Positions 1 to 10,724 of a stretch of DNA of 64,000 nt are shown in pieces; the first letter of the stretch is position 1; each line of letters opens with the position of its first letter. The notes below the pieces were generated by a model, which made no database searches, was not told the origin of the DNA, and saw only the letters and a list, made by a program, of their open reading frames with translations. This stretch comes from an uncultured Gemmatimonadales bacterium (GTDB lineage: Bacteria; Gemmatimonadota; Gemmatimonadetes; Gemmatimonadales; GWC2-71-9). The stretch is from the NCBI GenBank assembly GCA_963842945.1, contig CAWJIM010000023.1, forward strand, positions 320,001-384,000, read 5' to 3'. The position numbers and the translations under genes are program-made.

Positions 1-1023
1 GGCAAGGACGAGTATCAGGCCAAGAAAGCGCTGGTCATCGCCACCGGATCCCGAGTCAAGGGCATACCTCAAATCGGCCTCGAGATCGACAAGAACTCAG
101 TGATCAGCTCGGATGAAGCGCTCTTCCTGGAGAAGACGCCTGCCAGCATGGCCATCGTGGGGGCCGGTGCGGTCGGCTGCGAGTTCGCCGACATCTTCCA
201 CGCGTTCGGCACCAAGGTCACCTTGATCGAGGTGCTTCCGCGGATCCTTCCCCTGGAAGACGTCGAAGCCTCCGACGCCCTGACCAAGAGCTACAAGAAG
301 CGTGGAATCGAGGTGCGGGCGGGCGTCAAGGTCAAGAAGGCCACTGTCGGCAAGGACAAGGTGTCGCTCGAGCTGGAGAGCAACGGGAAAAGCGAGTCCA
401 TCCAGGCCGAGAAGGTGCTGATGGCCGCGGGCCGGGCGGTGAATACGGAGAATCTGGGGCTGAAGGAGGCGGGCGTGCAGCTCACCGACCGCGGCTTCAT
501 CAAGGTGAACCCGGCGACGCTGGAGACCAGCGCGGCGGGCATCTACGCCATCGGCGACGTGGCCGGTCCGCCGATGCTGGCCCACAAGGGCAGCCGCGAG
601 GGTATCGTGGTGGCCGAGCTGGTGGCCGGCCATCACCCGCAGCCGATCATGTACGACAACGTGCCCAGCGTCACCTACTGCCACCCGGAGGTGGCCAGCA
701 TCGGGCTGACCGAAGATCAAGCCAAAGAGCGCAAGCTGGACTACCAGGTCGGACGCTTTCCCTTCAGCGCCAATGGCCGAGCCCGCACCGCGAATGAGAC
801 CGAAGGGTTCGTGAAGATCATCCGGGACCGGAAGTACGGCGAAATCCTGGGAGCTCACATCGTCGGCAGCCACGCTTCCGAGATCATCCACGAACTGGCC
901 GTGGCCCGGCAGAACGAATACACCGTCGAGGAAGTGGATCTGGCCATCCACGCGCACCCCACCCTGTCCGAAGCGATCGCCGAAGCGGCCCTCGATTCGA
1001 TGGGGCGGGTGCTCCACATCTAG
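1..1023 (+). CDS. lpdA: Dihydrolipoamide dehydrogenase (5' part outside window)
   Basis: Open frame from base 1 (..ALVIATGS..); GAGAVGCE NAD-binding motif, IYAIGDV, MLAHK, C-terminal HAHPTLSE; lipB follows. Confidence 0.95.
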   Translation, partial: GKDEYQAKKALVIATGSRVKGIPQIGLEIDKNSVISSDEALFLEKTPASMAIVGAGAVGCEFADIFHAFGTKVTLIEVLPRILPLEDVEASDALTKSYKKRGIEVRAGVKVKKATVGKDKVSLELESNGKSESIQAEKVLMAAGRAVNTENLGLKEAGVQLTDRGFIKVNPATLETSAAGIYAIGDVAGPPMLAHKGSREGIVVAELVAGHHPQPIMYDNVPSVTYCHPEVASIGLTEDQAKERKLDYQVGRFPFSANGRARTANETEGFVKIIRDRKYGEILGAHIVGSHASEIIHELAVARQNEYTVEEVDLAIHAHPTLSEAIAEAALDSMGRVLHI

Positions 1024-1043
1024 GCCGGACGAACCGAGGGCGA

Positions 1044-1444
1044 GTGAGCGGTCCTTTTGCTTTCGTCGTGAGCGGCGTTGGGGCCGGCGCGTTGACTGGC
1101 CTGGCCATCATCAGCGGGATCGTTCTGGGCGTGGACTCGCTTCGTTCCGGCAGTCAGGCTCCCCACGCTGAATGCCTCGTTCTACCTGCTGGTGGTCGGA
1201 ACGCTCGCCGGGATTCTCGCAGCCGCGTTCTCCGCCTGGCGCTTGCTGGCGCCGGTCGGATCGGCTTACCGCCGGGGGGCCCTATCGATCGTTTGCTCCT
1301 TCGCCACCGTCCTGCTCATGCTGGTCTGCATCCCCGTCCATCAGCTGCTCGGCCGCATCGGCTTGCTCTGCCTCATAATCATCTCCGGTACTGACCGCTG
1401 CGCTCCTCGCGCATCGGGCCAGGCGTTTGGCGGTCGGCTCATGA
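1044..1444 (+). CDS. Small integral membrane protein (frameshifted in this assembly)
   Basis: Hydrophobic segments spread over ORFs 1044 and 1192; putative TGA overlaps lipB ATG (ATGA 1441-1444). Confidence 0.55.
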
Positions 1445-2123
1445 GTCGCCGGCTGGTCGTGCAGGAGCTGGGCATCGAGGCCCTATGCCGAGGTGCTGGA
1501 GCTGCAGCGAAGCCTGGCCCGCCAGCGTATCACCGGGGAGCTGGCACGACGACCTGCTGCTTCTGGTCGAGCACGAGCCGGTGGTCACGCTGGGTCGCGG
1601 AACCCGTCCCCAGAGCCTCCGCCGCTCAGTGCGGCCGACTTGAGCCGCCGCGGCGTTCAGCAGTATCGAGGTCGAGCGAGGCGGAGATGCCACCTTCCAT
1701 GGTCCCGGACAACTGGTCGGGTACCCCATTCTCGACTTGCGGGAGTACCGGGAAGACCTGCACTGGTATCTGCGCACGCTGGAGGAAGCGCTGATCCGAG
1801 GGCTCGATGCGCTGGGTATTGCCGCGGCCCGGAATCCCGGGTTGACGGGGGTCTGGACCAGAGGCCGGAAGATCGCGAGCATCGGCATCCACGTGAAGCA
1901 GTGGGTGACCTTCCATGGTTTTGCCCTGAACATCAATACCGACCTGTCCTACTTCGATCTGATCGTTCCCTGCGGAATTCAAGACGTTGTCATGACAAGC
2001 GTTGCGATGGAGCTCGGACGCACCGACGCGGCCCTTTGGAGTGAGACCCGCCGGGCTGTGGTGGAGGGATTTGCCCGGGCCTTTGATGCCGCCCCGGTCG
2101 AGCCTTCATCGTCGCTGATATAG
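1441..2123 (+). CDS. lipB: Lipoyl(octanoyl) transferase (frameshifted)
   Basis: EHEPVVTLGR, RGGDATFHGPGQLVGYPI, GVW..RKIASIGI..HGFALN..IVPCG across frames. Confidence 0.92.
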
Positions 2124-2137
2124 CCCACCGGCCCCGG

Positions 2138-2725
2138 TTGCCTTTAGGGGAGCAATCAGCTTTTCTCCCTAACATGTCTGATTCGTCCCGCCGGCCCTCC
2201 CCGGATGCCCAGGCCGAGCAGCGGATCCGGGAGATTCTCCGGGCCGCAGACAGCTGGTCCCGAGAGGCGCCCCGGTCCCTGATGCCTCCCATCAGGGCGG
2301 TATGTATCCGTTTGGCGGAAATGGTGGCGGATCAGCGACACTACCTCGCCCCGCTGCCGGAGCCTCAGGAAACCGAGCGCCGCACCGTGTTGTCGCTGGT
2401 AGCGGACCGGCTTCGGTCAAAGCCGGTGATGGAAGGCGTGGAGCATCACTTGAAGGAGTTGGAGGAGCTGGAGCTGCGCTCGACCGGGTCGTGGGCTGTG
2501 GTGGCCACCGCCCAGACGGAGTGGATCACGACGGCGATCCGCTACCTGGAGAGCTGCGCCGGACGACTCCCACCGGGCGAGCGGCCCGATCCCTACTGGG
2601 CGGACGACGTGGTGGCCGGGATTATCGCGTCAGTCAGGGCGCTCATCGGGGTCGACGAGCTGCACGCCCGCACCGAGGCGCGCTATTCCGGGCCGATCAA
2701 GCGGATCTCACCGGACGAGGAGTAG
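2138..2725 (+). CDS. Hypothetical helical protein (start may be ATG 2174)
   Basis: 195 aa ORF filling the gap between lipB and the M20 peptidase; no recognised motif. Confidence 0.6.
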   Translation: MPLGEQSAFLPNMSDSSRRPSPDAQAEQRIREILRAADSWSREAPRSLMPPIRAVCIRLAEMVADQRHYLAPLPEPQETERRTVLSLVADRLRSKPVMEGVEHHLKELEELELRSTGSWAVVATAQTEWITTAIRYLESCAGRLPPGERPDPYWADDVVAGIIASVRALIGVDELHARTEARYSGPIKRISPDEE

Positions 2726-4094
2726 GGCTTCCCGCCCCCGATCGGGCAAACATCTCGAAAAACCGTCCGAAGATTTCAATCCCGCTCCACAATTGCGACA
2801 GATCCAGCTTCTCGTTGGGGGAGTGCAGCCCATCGTCCGGCAATCCGATGCCGGTCAGAATGACCGGCGCGCCGGTGAGGCCAAGCTCCGGGACGATCGG
2901 GATGGAGCCACCGGACCGGATCTGCACGGCGGTTCGGCCCACCACCGACTCGAAGGCCTGATTCAAGACATCGAACGCCGGCGCGCTGACGTCGACCTGT
3001 ACCGGATCGCCCCCATGCAGCAGGTTGACCTTGGCGTCGGCCCATTTGGGTGCTAGCCCGGCAACTGCGCGCTCGAGCGCCTGCCCCACTTTTTCGAGCT
3101 CCTGGCCCGGCACCAATCGCAAGCTCACCTTTGCGGTAGCCTGGGCCGGGATTACGGTCTTGGCTCCCTCGCCGACGAAGCCCCCGCGGATTCCGTGGAT
3201 CTCGAACGTCGGCAGCGCCCAGACCCGCTCGAGCACCGTGTAGTCCTTGAGCCCGGTGAGCGCCTTTCCGGTGACCTCTCCTCGCATGAAACCCTCCCGG
3301 TCGAAGGGCAAGCGCTTCCAGGTGGCAAGCTCGGTTTCGCTGGGAGGCTTGACGGCTTCGTAGAGCCCCGGGATGCGGATCTCTCCGGTTTCCGACTTGA
3401 GCTGGCAGAGGATACGGGTGAGTGTCTCTATCGCATTGGGAGCCACGCCTCCGTAGCTGCCGGAGTGAAGATCCCGCTCGAGAGTCCGCACTGAGATTTC
3501 GGCGTAGCAGATTCCGCGCAGGGCGGTGTACACAGCTGGAAGCTCAGGGCCGTAGAATGACATGTCGCACACCAGCGCCGCATCGGCCCGGGTGCGCTCG
3601 GGCTCCCGGTGCAGCAGATCATAGATCACCTTGCCGCCGGACTCCTCCTCTCCTTCGAAGATGAAGTGCACGTTCAGCGGCGGCTGACCTCGGGCATCCA
3701 ATACAGCCTGGTACGCCTTGAGCAGGCAGTACACTTGTCCCTTGTCGTCAGACGCGCCTCGGGCAAAGAGCTTTCCGTCCCGGATGGTAGGGCTGAACGG
3801 CGGAGTGAGCCATTCATCCAGGGGATCCGGCGGCTGTACGTCGTAGTGTCCGTAGATCAGGAGGGTCGGCTTTCCTGGCAGCTTGGGGCTTTCGGCCCAG
3901 ACCACCGGATGACCCGGTCCCTCGATGATCTGCACCACGGGACAGCCGAGTTCCGTCAACTGATGCTTGAGCCATTCCGCCGCGCGTCGACAATCGGCGG
4001 TGTGGGCCGGCAGCGCGCTGACACTGGGGATGGCCAGAAACTCGGAGAGCTCCTGAATCAGCCGTGGCCGGTTCGAAACGAGGTCCTGGTTCAT
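2697..4094 (-). CDS. M20/M25/M40 family metallo-dipeptidase
   Basis: YGHYDVQP, RGASDDKG, EGEEESG, DLHSG, HSPNE motifs; start taken as MNQDLVS. Confidence 0.92.
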   Translation of the reverse strand: MNQDLVSNRPRLIQELSEFLAIPSVSALPAHTADCRRAAEWLKHQLTELGCPVVQIIEGPGHPVVWAESPKLPGKPTLLIYGHYDVQPPDPLDEWLTPPFSPTIRDGKLFARGASDDKGQVYCLLKAYQAVLDARGQPPLNVHFIFEGEEESGGKVIYDLLHREPERTRADAALVCDMSFYGPELPAVYTALRGICYAEISVRTLERDLHSGSYGGVAPNAIETLTRILCQLKSETGEIRIPGLYEAVKPPSETELATWKRLPFDREGFMRGEVTGKALTGLKDYTVLERVWALPTFEIHGIRGGFVGEGAKTVIPAQATAKVSLRLVPGQELEKVGQALERAVAGLAPKWADAKVNLLHGGDPVQVDVSAPAFDVLNQAFESVVGRTAVQIRSGGSIPIVPELGLTGAPVILTGIGLPDDGLHSPNEKLDLSQLWSGIEIFGRFFEMFARSGAGSPTPRPVRSA

Positions 4095-4107
4095 ATGAGA
4101 TCCCGGG

Positions 4108-5178
4108 TTAACGATGTTCTCCCACGGCGCGCCCCAGACGGGCGTACGCGCTGTCACCCTCTACTCCAGACATCAGCTCCTTCAGAGCGCTGACGCTCCG
4201 GCGAATGTCCTGGCCGTGCTGCTGGTACCATCGCTCAAACAGATCGAGCCGCGTGCGGTAGATCCGAGCCCCAATCAGGCGGGCGTTATTGATCGGCCGG
4301 TCCGATAGCCGCCCCACTCGCAGAGTACGGAGCCGTTGTCCGACGGGCCCCTCGAGCTCAGCGCGGGCCCAGGCCGCGGCCTCCCGCCTGCCCTGCTCCA
4401 GCGCCGCGGAATCAGGTTTGGTGGCGTAGAGGATTTCCAGCCGATCGACCAGGGACGCGTAGTAGTCACCCAGCACCATCTCGTCGTGCCAGCGATCGGC
4501 CGCCTGAGTCGCTCCTGCCCGATCTCCCCTCTCCTGAAAGAATGCCTCCGCCGACCGGTAGCCTACCAGCTGCGCAAAGCTCTCGTTGAATGGAGTGGCG
4601 CTCTTTACGTACAGGGTGTTGTGGGCGATTTCATGAAACACGGTTGCGGCGAGCTCCACCGAATCCGGTGTCAGCGCGGTGGAGAGGAGCGGGTCGTTGA
4701 ACCAGCCCAGGGTGGAGAAGGCGCCGGAGGGTCGGAGGTAGGTGTCGAAGCCGCGGGCGGCAAAGCGGGATTCCTCGCGGCGAGCGGCCTCGGCGTCGAA
4801 GAACCCCTTGTAGGGAATTCGTCCCACCACCGGGTACTTCCAGGTGTAGGGACAGATGCAGTCCCTGGGTGCGGCCTGAAGGACCAGCAGCAGGGTGTCT
4901 CGACCCACATCGGCGTAGGTGGTGTAGGTCTCTTTGGCTTCGAGCCCCAGCCGGGCTGCATAGTCTCGCGCATCGAGCACCAGCCGCAGCGAACGACGCA
5001 CTGCCGGATCGACCGCACTGTCTCGCGCCATGCGGCCGATGGGCTGCCTGGACTTGAGAATCCGGGTCTCCTCGAATCCCGCCCGAGTCAGGTAACGGAC
5101 ATCGTCGCTAGCCAGGTAGGCGGTGCCATATCCGGCGAACAGAGCAGCCACCATCACGAAGAAGACCATGCGCCTCAA
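4108..5178 (-). CDS. Putative zinc aminopeptidase, secreted or membrane-anchored
   Basis: W.YPVVGRIPYKGFF, AFSTLGWFNDPLLST, HEIAH (HExxH), FNESFA. Confidence 0.85.
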   Translation of the reverse strand: MRRMVFFVMVAALFAGYGTAYLASDDVRYLTRAGFEETRILKSRQPIGRMARDSAVDPAVRRSLRLVLDARDYAARLGLEAKETYTTYADVGRDTLLLVLQAAPRDCICPYTWKYPVVGRIPYKGFFDAEAARREESRFAARGFDTYLRPSGAFSTLGWFNDPLLSTALTPDSVELAATVFHEIAHNTLYVKSATPFNESFAQLVGYRSAEAFFQERGDRAGATQAADRWHDEMVLGDYYASLVDRLEILYATKPDSAALEQGRREAAAWARAELEGPVGQRLRTLRVGRLSDRPINNARLIGARIYRTRLDLFERWYQQHGQDIRRSVSALKELMSGVEGDSAYARLGRAVGEHR

Positions 5179-6839
5179 CGAATCCGGACCAGCGCAATTC
5201 GAGGCACAATCGACGTGGGCAATGCGGCGCCGGCCGTGCCGGTTACTCTCAGGTCGACTGCCGCCGCATTCGGCTGTTGGACCACGAGGACGTGGTGGCC
5301 GGACCCGGCGCGCAATGTCCCGCTGTGGCCGTACGCGGTGCCGTCGGTGTTGTCGGGCACCAAGGGAAATCCTCCGTTTAGGTCCCCCACCTCACGGAAG
5401 TTCCAGCTGGTGTAGCTCAGCCGGCTACCATCGGGAGAAAACCCAGGCAGGTCGTCCAGATAGTTGGTGAGCTGCCATTCACCCACCAGGGTGGAGAAGT
5501 CCACGCCGGTCCGTGCAGTCACGTTGGCGCTGCCCACCTGACTGGTCGCGAGCAGGTTTCGGGTGAGCACGGTTCCGAGCACGGTGCTCCCCCCGAAATG
5601 ATCGGCGAGCCAGCGAACGAAGAGCCAGTTGGCGCCGCGTTCCTCCAGCTGGCCGGTCGAACTACCCGGCTCGATTAGGTAGAAATCTTCGGGCGAGGCC
5701 AGATACTCCAGCGCGTTGAGCAGGTTTCCCTGGCTCAGGAACTCCTCTTCGCAGGAGGTGGCCGACGGGCACTGCACATCAGGGACCTCCCGCGCGCCCA
5801 ACTCCTCGGCAAAGTGCGACAGACCCTCGTTCAGCCAAGTGTCCTCCGAGCTTCCGTGCCGCAGCAGCACGTGCTGGTTGAAGCTGATCATGTGCTGAAA
5901 TTCGTGGATGAACGTAGCCGGCAGCTTGCTGGTGGCCTCGTCCTTCGAGACCTGGCAGCGGGAATTGTTGACGTCGGGAACCAGGCCGTAGAACACCTCC
6001 CCGTCGTTGGACCCGGGATTACTGGGCCCCGGGGGCAGCAGATCGGCACCGAAGAAGTAACCCAGGATGATTCGCCCGGTGCTGCTGCAGTCCGGACTGA
6101 GCGCGTTCACCAGCTGGGTCAGCAGAACGACCACTACGCCATTCCCGTCCACATCCGACTCTCGGCCGAAGGCCACCGTATCGATAGGATAGAGGTACTG
6201 GTCGAAGAGGGTCCGCACTTGGTCGAGGTCGCCGTCGGTGTATCCACCGTCCGGCGCAGCATTGTCGACGTAAATCGCGACCCGGGCGCCCACCGATCGG
6301 GCCGTAGCCGTCGACTGAGTGAACCCGGTGCAGCTCGAGGAGGCGCAGACATTGAACGTGCGTTGATCGCCGACGACAGGAGGAGCCTCCTGCGCAGCAA
6401 TGCGCGCCTGGTCGAAGAGCGCCCGGGAACCATCTTCCGCCAAGGACTTCTCCCGGGCGCGCAGCAGACTGTGGAATGCTTCGGCGGCCATCGGGGCCTG
6501 AAAAGCGGAGAGCCGAGGTGCCGGCAACTGAGGCGCAGAGGCCATGGGAACCGCTGTCCCGCTCAGCAGATAGGGGGCGGAAACTCCATCCGGCGTCTCC
6601 TGGCCGGCCGTGGCAAGGGGAATATATAGATGCTCCGCTCCGCTCGAGCCCGCCGCCGGAAGCCGCACGCAGGCACCGGTCGAGTTCGGATCCAGAATCT
6701 CGTATTCCCCAACCTGGAGGGTCCGGGTGCTCGCCTCAGAGCAGTCCAGGGAAGGCGGGACGCCCGGCCCCGTGCTGTCGCCACAGCCGGCCAGGATGGC
6801 TCCATAGAGCACAAGGAAGAAAGAGCGCGAATTTCGCAC
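5175..6839 (-). CDS. Lipoprotein zinc metallopeptidase (HExxH; M30-like)
   Basis: GTG 6839 gives signal peptide with lipobox LAGC; HEFQHMI and WLNEGLSHFAEE motifs. Confidence 0.75.
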   Translation of the reverse strand: MRNSRSFFLVLYGAILAGCGDSTGPGVPPSLDCSEASTRTLQVGEYEILDPNSTGACVRLPAAGSSGAEHLYIPLATAGQETPDGVSAPYLLSGTAVPMASAPQLPAPRLSAFQAPMAAEAFHSLLRAREKSLAEDGSRALFDQARIAAQEAPPVVGDQRTFNVCASSSCTGFTQSTATARSVGARVAIYVDNAAPDGGYTDGDLDQVRTLFDQYLYPIDTVAFGRESDVDGNGVVVVLLTQLVNALSPDCSSTGRIILGYFFGADLLPPGPSNPGSNDGEVFYGLVPDVNNSRCQVSKDEATSKLPATFIHEFQHMISFNQHVLLRHGSSEDTWLNEGLSHFAEELGAREVPDVQCPSATSCEEEFLSQGNLLNALEYLASPEDFYLIEPGSSTGQLEERGANWLFVRWLADHFGGSTVLGTVLTRNLLATSQVGSANVTARTGVDFSTLVGEWQLTNYLDDLPGFSPDGSRLSYTSWNFREVGDLNGGFPLVPDNTDGTAYGHSGTLRAGSGHHVLVVQQPNAAAVDLRVTGTAGAALPTSIVPRIALVRIR

Positions 6840-6931
6840 TTGCCAACCACTCCACCGGTAGTGAAAGCAGGGAGAACAGGGCACCGGGAGAACCGCGTAG
6901 ATTTTAGCAAGATAAGATGCGGCAACGGCTT

Positions 6932-6960
6932 TTGACAATCGCTTCACCTGCCGGTACTTT
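6932..6960 (+). promoter_or_regulatory. Sigma70-type promoter upstream of dnaE
   Basis: TTGACA-17 nt-TACTTT. Confidence 0.65.
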
Positions 6961-7201
6961 CACTCGGTGTCCGAATACATTCGACTGTCGGCGGTCGGGT
7001 TCGGTGCTGACGGATTGGCCGGCTCGCTGGCGACAATCAGGACGCGCTCGACCGCAGATCTTCACCGCCTGGCCCCACTTTTCCCATCGCGCCGCGGGAC
7101 CTTGTTGCCCAGGGCACACCCGCGGCCTGTCCAGTGCACGCGTCGAAACCAGACTGGTGAGCGGCGGGTTGATGAATACTGACTCATGATCCGCGACTGA
7201 T

Positions 7202-10200
7202 ATGCCATTCGTCCATCTCCACACCCATAGCGAGTACTCTCTTCTCGACGGGGCCAATCGGATTCCCGAACTGGTCAGCCACGTCAAGAAGCTCGGCATG
7301 GACAGTCTGGCGGTAACCGATCACGGGAACATGCACTCCGCCTGGACCTTCTACGACCAGGCCAAGGCGCAGCATATCCGGCCCATTCTGGGGTTCGAGG
7401 CTTATCTCGCCTTCGGTCCCCGTACCCTGCGGGAAAAGCCCCAGTGGGCGCCCGCCGCGTACAGCCATCTCGTTCTCCTGGCCCGGAACCGGACGGGCTA
7501 CCGGAACCTGGTCCGACTGACCTCGATTGGATTCGTAGAGGGATTTTACCGCCGGCCGCGTATCGATAAAGAGGTGCTCGCCGCACACTCGGAGGGCCTG
7601 GTTTGTCTGGCAGCCTGCCTCTCGGGAGAGGTGGCGCTCTATCTCCGGCAGGGCAAGTTCGACGAGGCCAGGAAGAGTGCCGAGTGGTTCAGCCAAACTT
7701 TCGGCCCCGAGGGATTCTGGCTCGAGATTCAGCAGCATGGAATCGGCGAAGAACGCCAGGTCACCGAAGGCATGCTGCGCCTGGGGCGGGAGCTGGGTAT
7801 CGGCGTGGTGGCCACGAACGACGCGCATTATCTCCGGCGGGAGGACGCCGAAGCGCACGACGTCCTGCTGGCCATCGGCACGGGGAGTGATCTGGATGAC
7901 CCCAAGCGTTTCCGCTTCCTCGGCCAGGAGTCCTACGTCAAGTCCGAGGCGGAAATGCGGGCGCTCTTCCCCGAGCACCCGGAGACGCTCGAGAACACGG
8001 CCCTGGTGGCCGACCGGTGCGAGTTCGACTTCGAGAAGCGCTACTTTCTGCCCGTCTTCCCCCGCCCGGCCGAGTATCAAAGCGATGAAGCGCTGCTCCA
8101 GCATCTCGCCCACACCGGCGCTGAGCGGCGGTATGGATCACCCCTTCCTGCGGAGGTGCGGGAGCGGCTGGAGTATGAGCTAGGGGTCATCGAGCGCGCC
8201 GGCTACGCCGGCTACTTCCTGATCGTCCAGGATTTCATCGCCGCCGCACGTGCGCGCGGGATTCCGGTGGGCCCTGGACGCGGGTCTGCCGCCGGCTCGC
8301 TGGTGGCGTATTCGCTCGGTATCACTGACGTCTGTCCCCTCAAGTTCGATCTCCTCTTCGAGCGGTTCCTCAATCCCGAGCGGGTGTCGATGCCCGATAT
8401 CGACGTGGACTTCTGCTTCGAGCGCCGCGGCGAAGTAATCGAATACGTCCGGGAACGGTACGGTAGGAACAGTGTGGGACAGATCGTGACCTTTGGAACG
8501 ATGAAGGCCCGCGCGGCGGTCAAGGACGTGGCCCGGGTGCTCCGCATTCCTCCCGGTGAGGCCGACCGGATCACGAAGCTGATTCCCTCGGGCCCGGCCT
8601 ACAGCCTCAACATTCGCGATGCGGAAAAGAAGATCGACGAGCTTCGGGAGCTGGTCCGGAGCAACCCGGTTTACCGTCGGTTGGTCGATCTGAGCTCCCG
8701 GATCGAAGGCATATCCCGTCACATGTCGGTGCATGCCGCGGGCGTGGTAATCGCTCCGGGGCCGCTGTCGGATTACGTACCGGTCTGCGTGGCTCCCACC
8801 AACCGGGTCAAGAGCGATGTCGCCGGGACTCCGGCGGAGGGCGATGAGTCCATCATCACCCAGTATGAGATGGGCGCGCTGGAGAAGGTCGGCATGCTCA
8901 AGATGGACATGCTCGGCCTCAAGACCTTGACCGTGATTCACGACGCCGTGGCGATGATCGAGGCATTGCACGGGACCCGACCCGACATGGCCACGCTGGA
9001 GCTGGATGACCCCAAGGTCTACGACCTGCTGCGCCAGGGCCGAACCGCCGGAATCTTCCAGTTCGAGTCACCGCTGGCCACCGATACCCTGCGGTCGATG
9101 AAGTGCGACCGCTTCGACGATCTCGTCGCCAGTAACGCCCTGCTGCGCCCCGGACCACTCGATGCGGGAATGCATCTCGTTTTCATCCGGCGGAAGCTGG
9201 GACAGGAGCGGGTGACCTATCCTCACCCATCCCTCACCGACATCCTGGCCCCCACCTACGGCGTCATCACCTATCAGGAACAGGTGATGCGCATCGCCAA
9301 TGTGCTCGCCGGATTCACCCTGGCCGAAGCCGACGTGCTGCGAAAGGCGGTGGGCAAGAAGGATCAGGAGCTGGCAAACCGGGAGGTCGCAAAGTTCGTC
9401 GAGCGGGCCGTTGCCCTGGGACACTCCAGAGGCATGATCGAGGAGCTGGGCCGCCAGATCGTCACCTTCGGCCGCTACGGGTTCAACAAGTCCCACTCCG
9501 TGGCATACTCGATCCTGTCCTATCAGACGGCATGGCTCAAGGCTCACTACCCTGCCGAGTTCATGGCCGCCCTGCTCTCGTCCGAAATCGGAAACACCGA
9601 CAAGGTGGTGCAGTACATCAACGAGGCCAGAGAGCTGGAGCTGGAGATTCTCCCCCCCGATGTGAACGAGTCTGGATTCAAGTTTACCGTCGTGGGCGAT
9701 CGGAGGATTCGCTTCGGCCTGGGAGCTGTGCGCAACGTGGGCGAGGGCGCGATCGCATCGATCATTGCCGGCCGCGCCGAGGGCCCGTATCAGACCATGG
9801 CCGAGCTGGTCGAGCGCATCGACCTCCGGTTGTGCAACAAACGGGTGCTCGAGTCACTGGTGGCCGCCGGAGCCTGCGACACACTCGATGGCCATCGCAA
9901 ACAGCTGATCGAGGCGCTCGATGCGGCCCTGGCCGAGGCGCAGTTGCTTCAGGCCGAGCGGGAGGCGGGCCAGGGATCGCTGTTTGGAGAGGTCGGGAAG
10001 GACGGCAAGGACGGGAATGACGCCGAACGGAATGGTCACCCGGCCCTCCCCGATATCCCGGCATGGACCGAGGCGGAACGGCTGGCCAAGGAAAAGGAGG
10101 TCCTCGGGTTCTTCATTTCGGGCCATCCTCTGGAACGGTTCAGACAGGAGGTCGAGCTGTTCGGCACTCGTACCACCGCCACACTGAGTGAGTGGGGAGA

Positions 10201-10720
10201 ACACCAGGTGAGCGTGGCCGCCGTCGTCACCGCGGTCAAGCGCCAGATCTCGAAGAAGACCGGAAAGGAATACGCCCGGCTGGTTCTCGAGGATTTCCAC
10301 GGAACCGCGGAGGCCATCGTCTTCCCCGAGGCCTGGGCCAAGCTCAATCAGATCATCCTTCCTGACTCGGCACTGCTCCTGACCGGGGGCTACAGCGACC
10401 GGGATCGGGGAGACGATCAGGCGCCCTTCATCGTGGAAGTCGCCCGACCCCTGGCTGAGCTCAAGAGCTCGGGTGCGCTGGCGCTGAGTCTCCGCTGGAG
10501 AGCGCCCTCCGCTCCCGAGCCGGGCGCCGTCAAAGAGGTGGCGGCCATCTGCTCGGCCCACCCGGGCCCGACGCCGGTCTATATCGAATGGAGCGATGGT
10601 AATGGCGAGGCCGTTCGGTTACGATCGCGCCGCATTCGAGTGGCCGCTGAGGACGACCTGGTTCGCGCCCTGCGCGATCTGCTGGGATCCGAGTCCGTCA
10701 GTTACGTGAAGGCCAACTGA
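7202..10720 (+). CDS. dnaE: DNA polymerase III alpha subunit
   Basis: PHP domain FVHLHTHSEYSLLDG; GPGRGSAAGS; FERFLNPERVSMPDIDVD; YGFNKSH; OB fold. Confidence 0.98.
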   Translation: MPFVHLHTHSEYSLLDGANRIPELVSHVKKLGMDSLAVTDHGNMHSAWTFYDQAKAQHIRPILGFEAYLAFGPRTLREKPQWAPAAYSHLVLLARNRTGYRNLVRLTSIGFVEGFYRRPRIDKEVLAAHSEGLVCLAACLSGEVALYLRQGKFDEARKSAEWFSQTFGPEGFWLEIQQHGIGEERQVTEGMLRLGRELGIGVVATNDAHYLRREDAEAHDVLLAIGTGSDLDDPKRFRFLGQESYVKSEAEMRALFPEHPETLENTALVADRCEFDFEKRYFLPVFPRPAEYQSDEALLQHLAHTGAERRYGSPLPAEVRERLEYELGVIERAGYAGYFLIVQDFIAAARARGIPVGPGRGSAAGSLVAYSLGITDVCPLKFDLLFERFLNPERVSMPDIDVDFCFERRGEVIEYVRERYGRNSVGQIVTFGTMKARAAVKDVARVLRIPPGEADRITKLIPSGPAYSLNIRDAEKKIDELRELVRSNPVYRRLVDLSSRIEGISRHMSVHAAGVVIAPGPLSDYVPVCVAPTNRVKSDVAGTPAEGDESIITQYEMGALEKVGMLKMDMLGLKTLTVIHDAVAMIEALHGTRPDMATLELDDPKVYDLLRQGRTAGIFQFESPLATDTLRSMKCDRFDDLVASNALLRPGPLDAGMHLVFIRRKLGQERVTYPHPSLTDILAPTYGVITYQEQVMRIANVLAGFTLAEADVLRKAVGKKDQELANREVAKFVERAVALGHSRGMIEELGRQIVTFGRYGFNKSHSVAYSILSYQTAWLKAHYPAEFMAALLSSEIGNTDKVVQYINEARELELEILPPDVNESGFKFTVVGDRRIRFGLGAVRNVGEGAIASIIAGRAEGPYQTMAELVERIDLRLCNKRVLESLVAAGACDTLDGHRKQLIEALDAALAEAQLLQAEREAGQGSLFGEVGKDGKDGNDAERNGHPALPDIPAWTEAERLAKEKEVLGFFISGHPLERFRQEVELFGTRTTATLSEWGEHQVSVAAVVTAVKRQISKKTGKEYARLVLEDFHGTAEAIVFPEAWAKLNQIILPDSALLLTGGYSDRDRGDDQAPFIVEVARPLAELKSSGALALSLRWRAPSAPEPGAVKEVAAICSAHPGPTPVYIEWSDGNGEAVRLRSRRIRVAAEDDLVRALRDLLGSESVSYVKAN

Positions 10721-10724
10721 CCCC

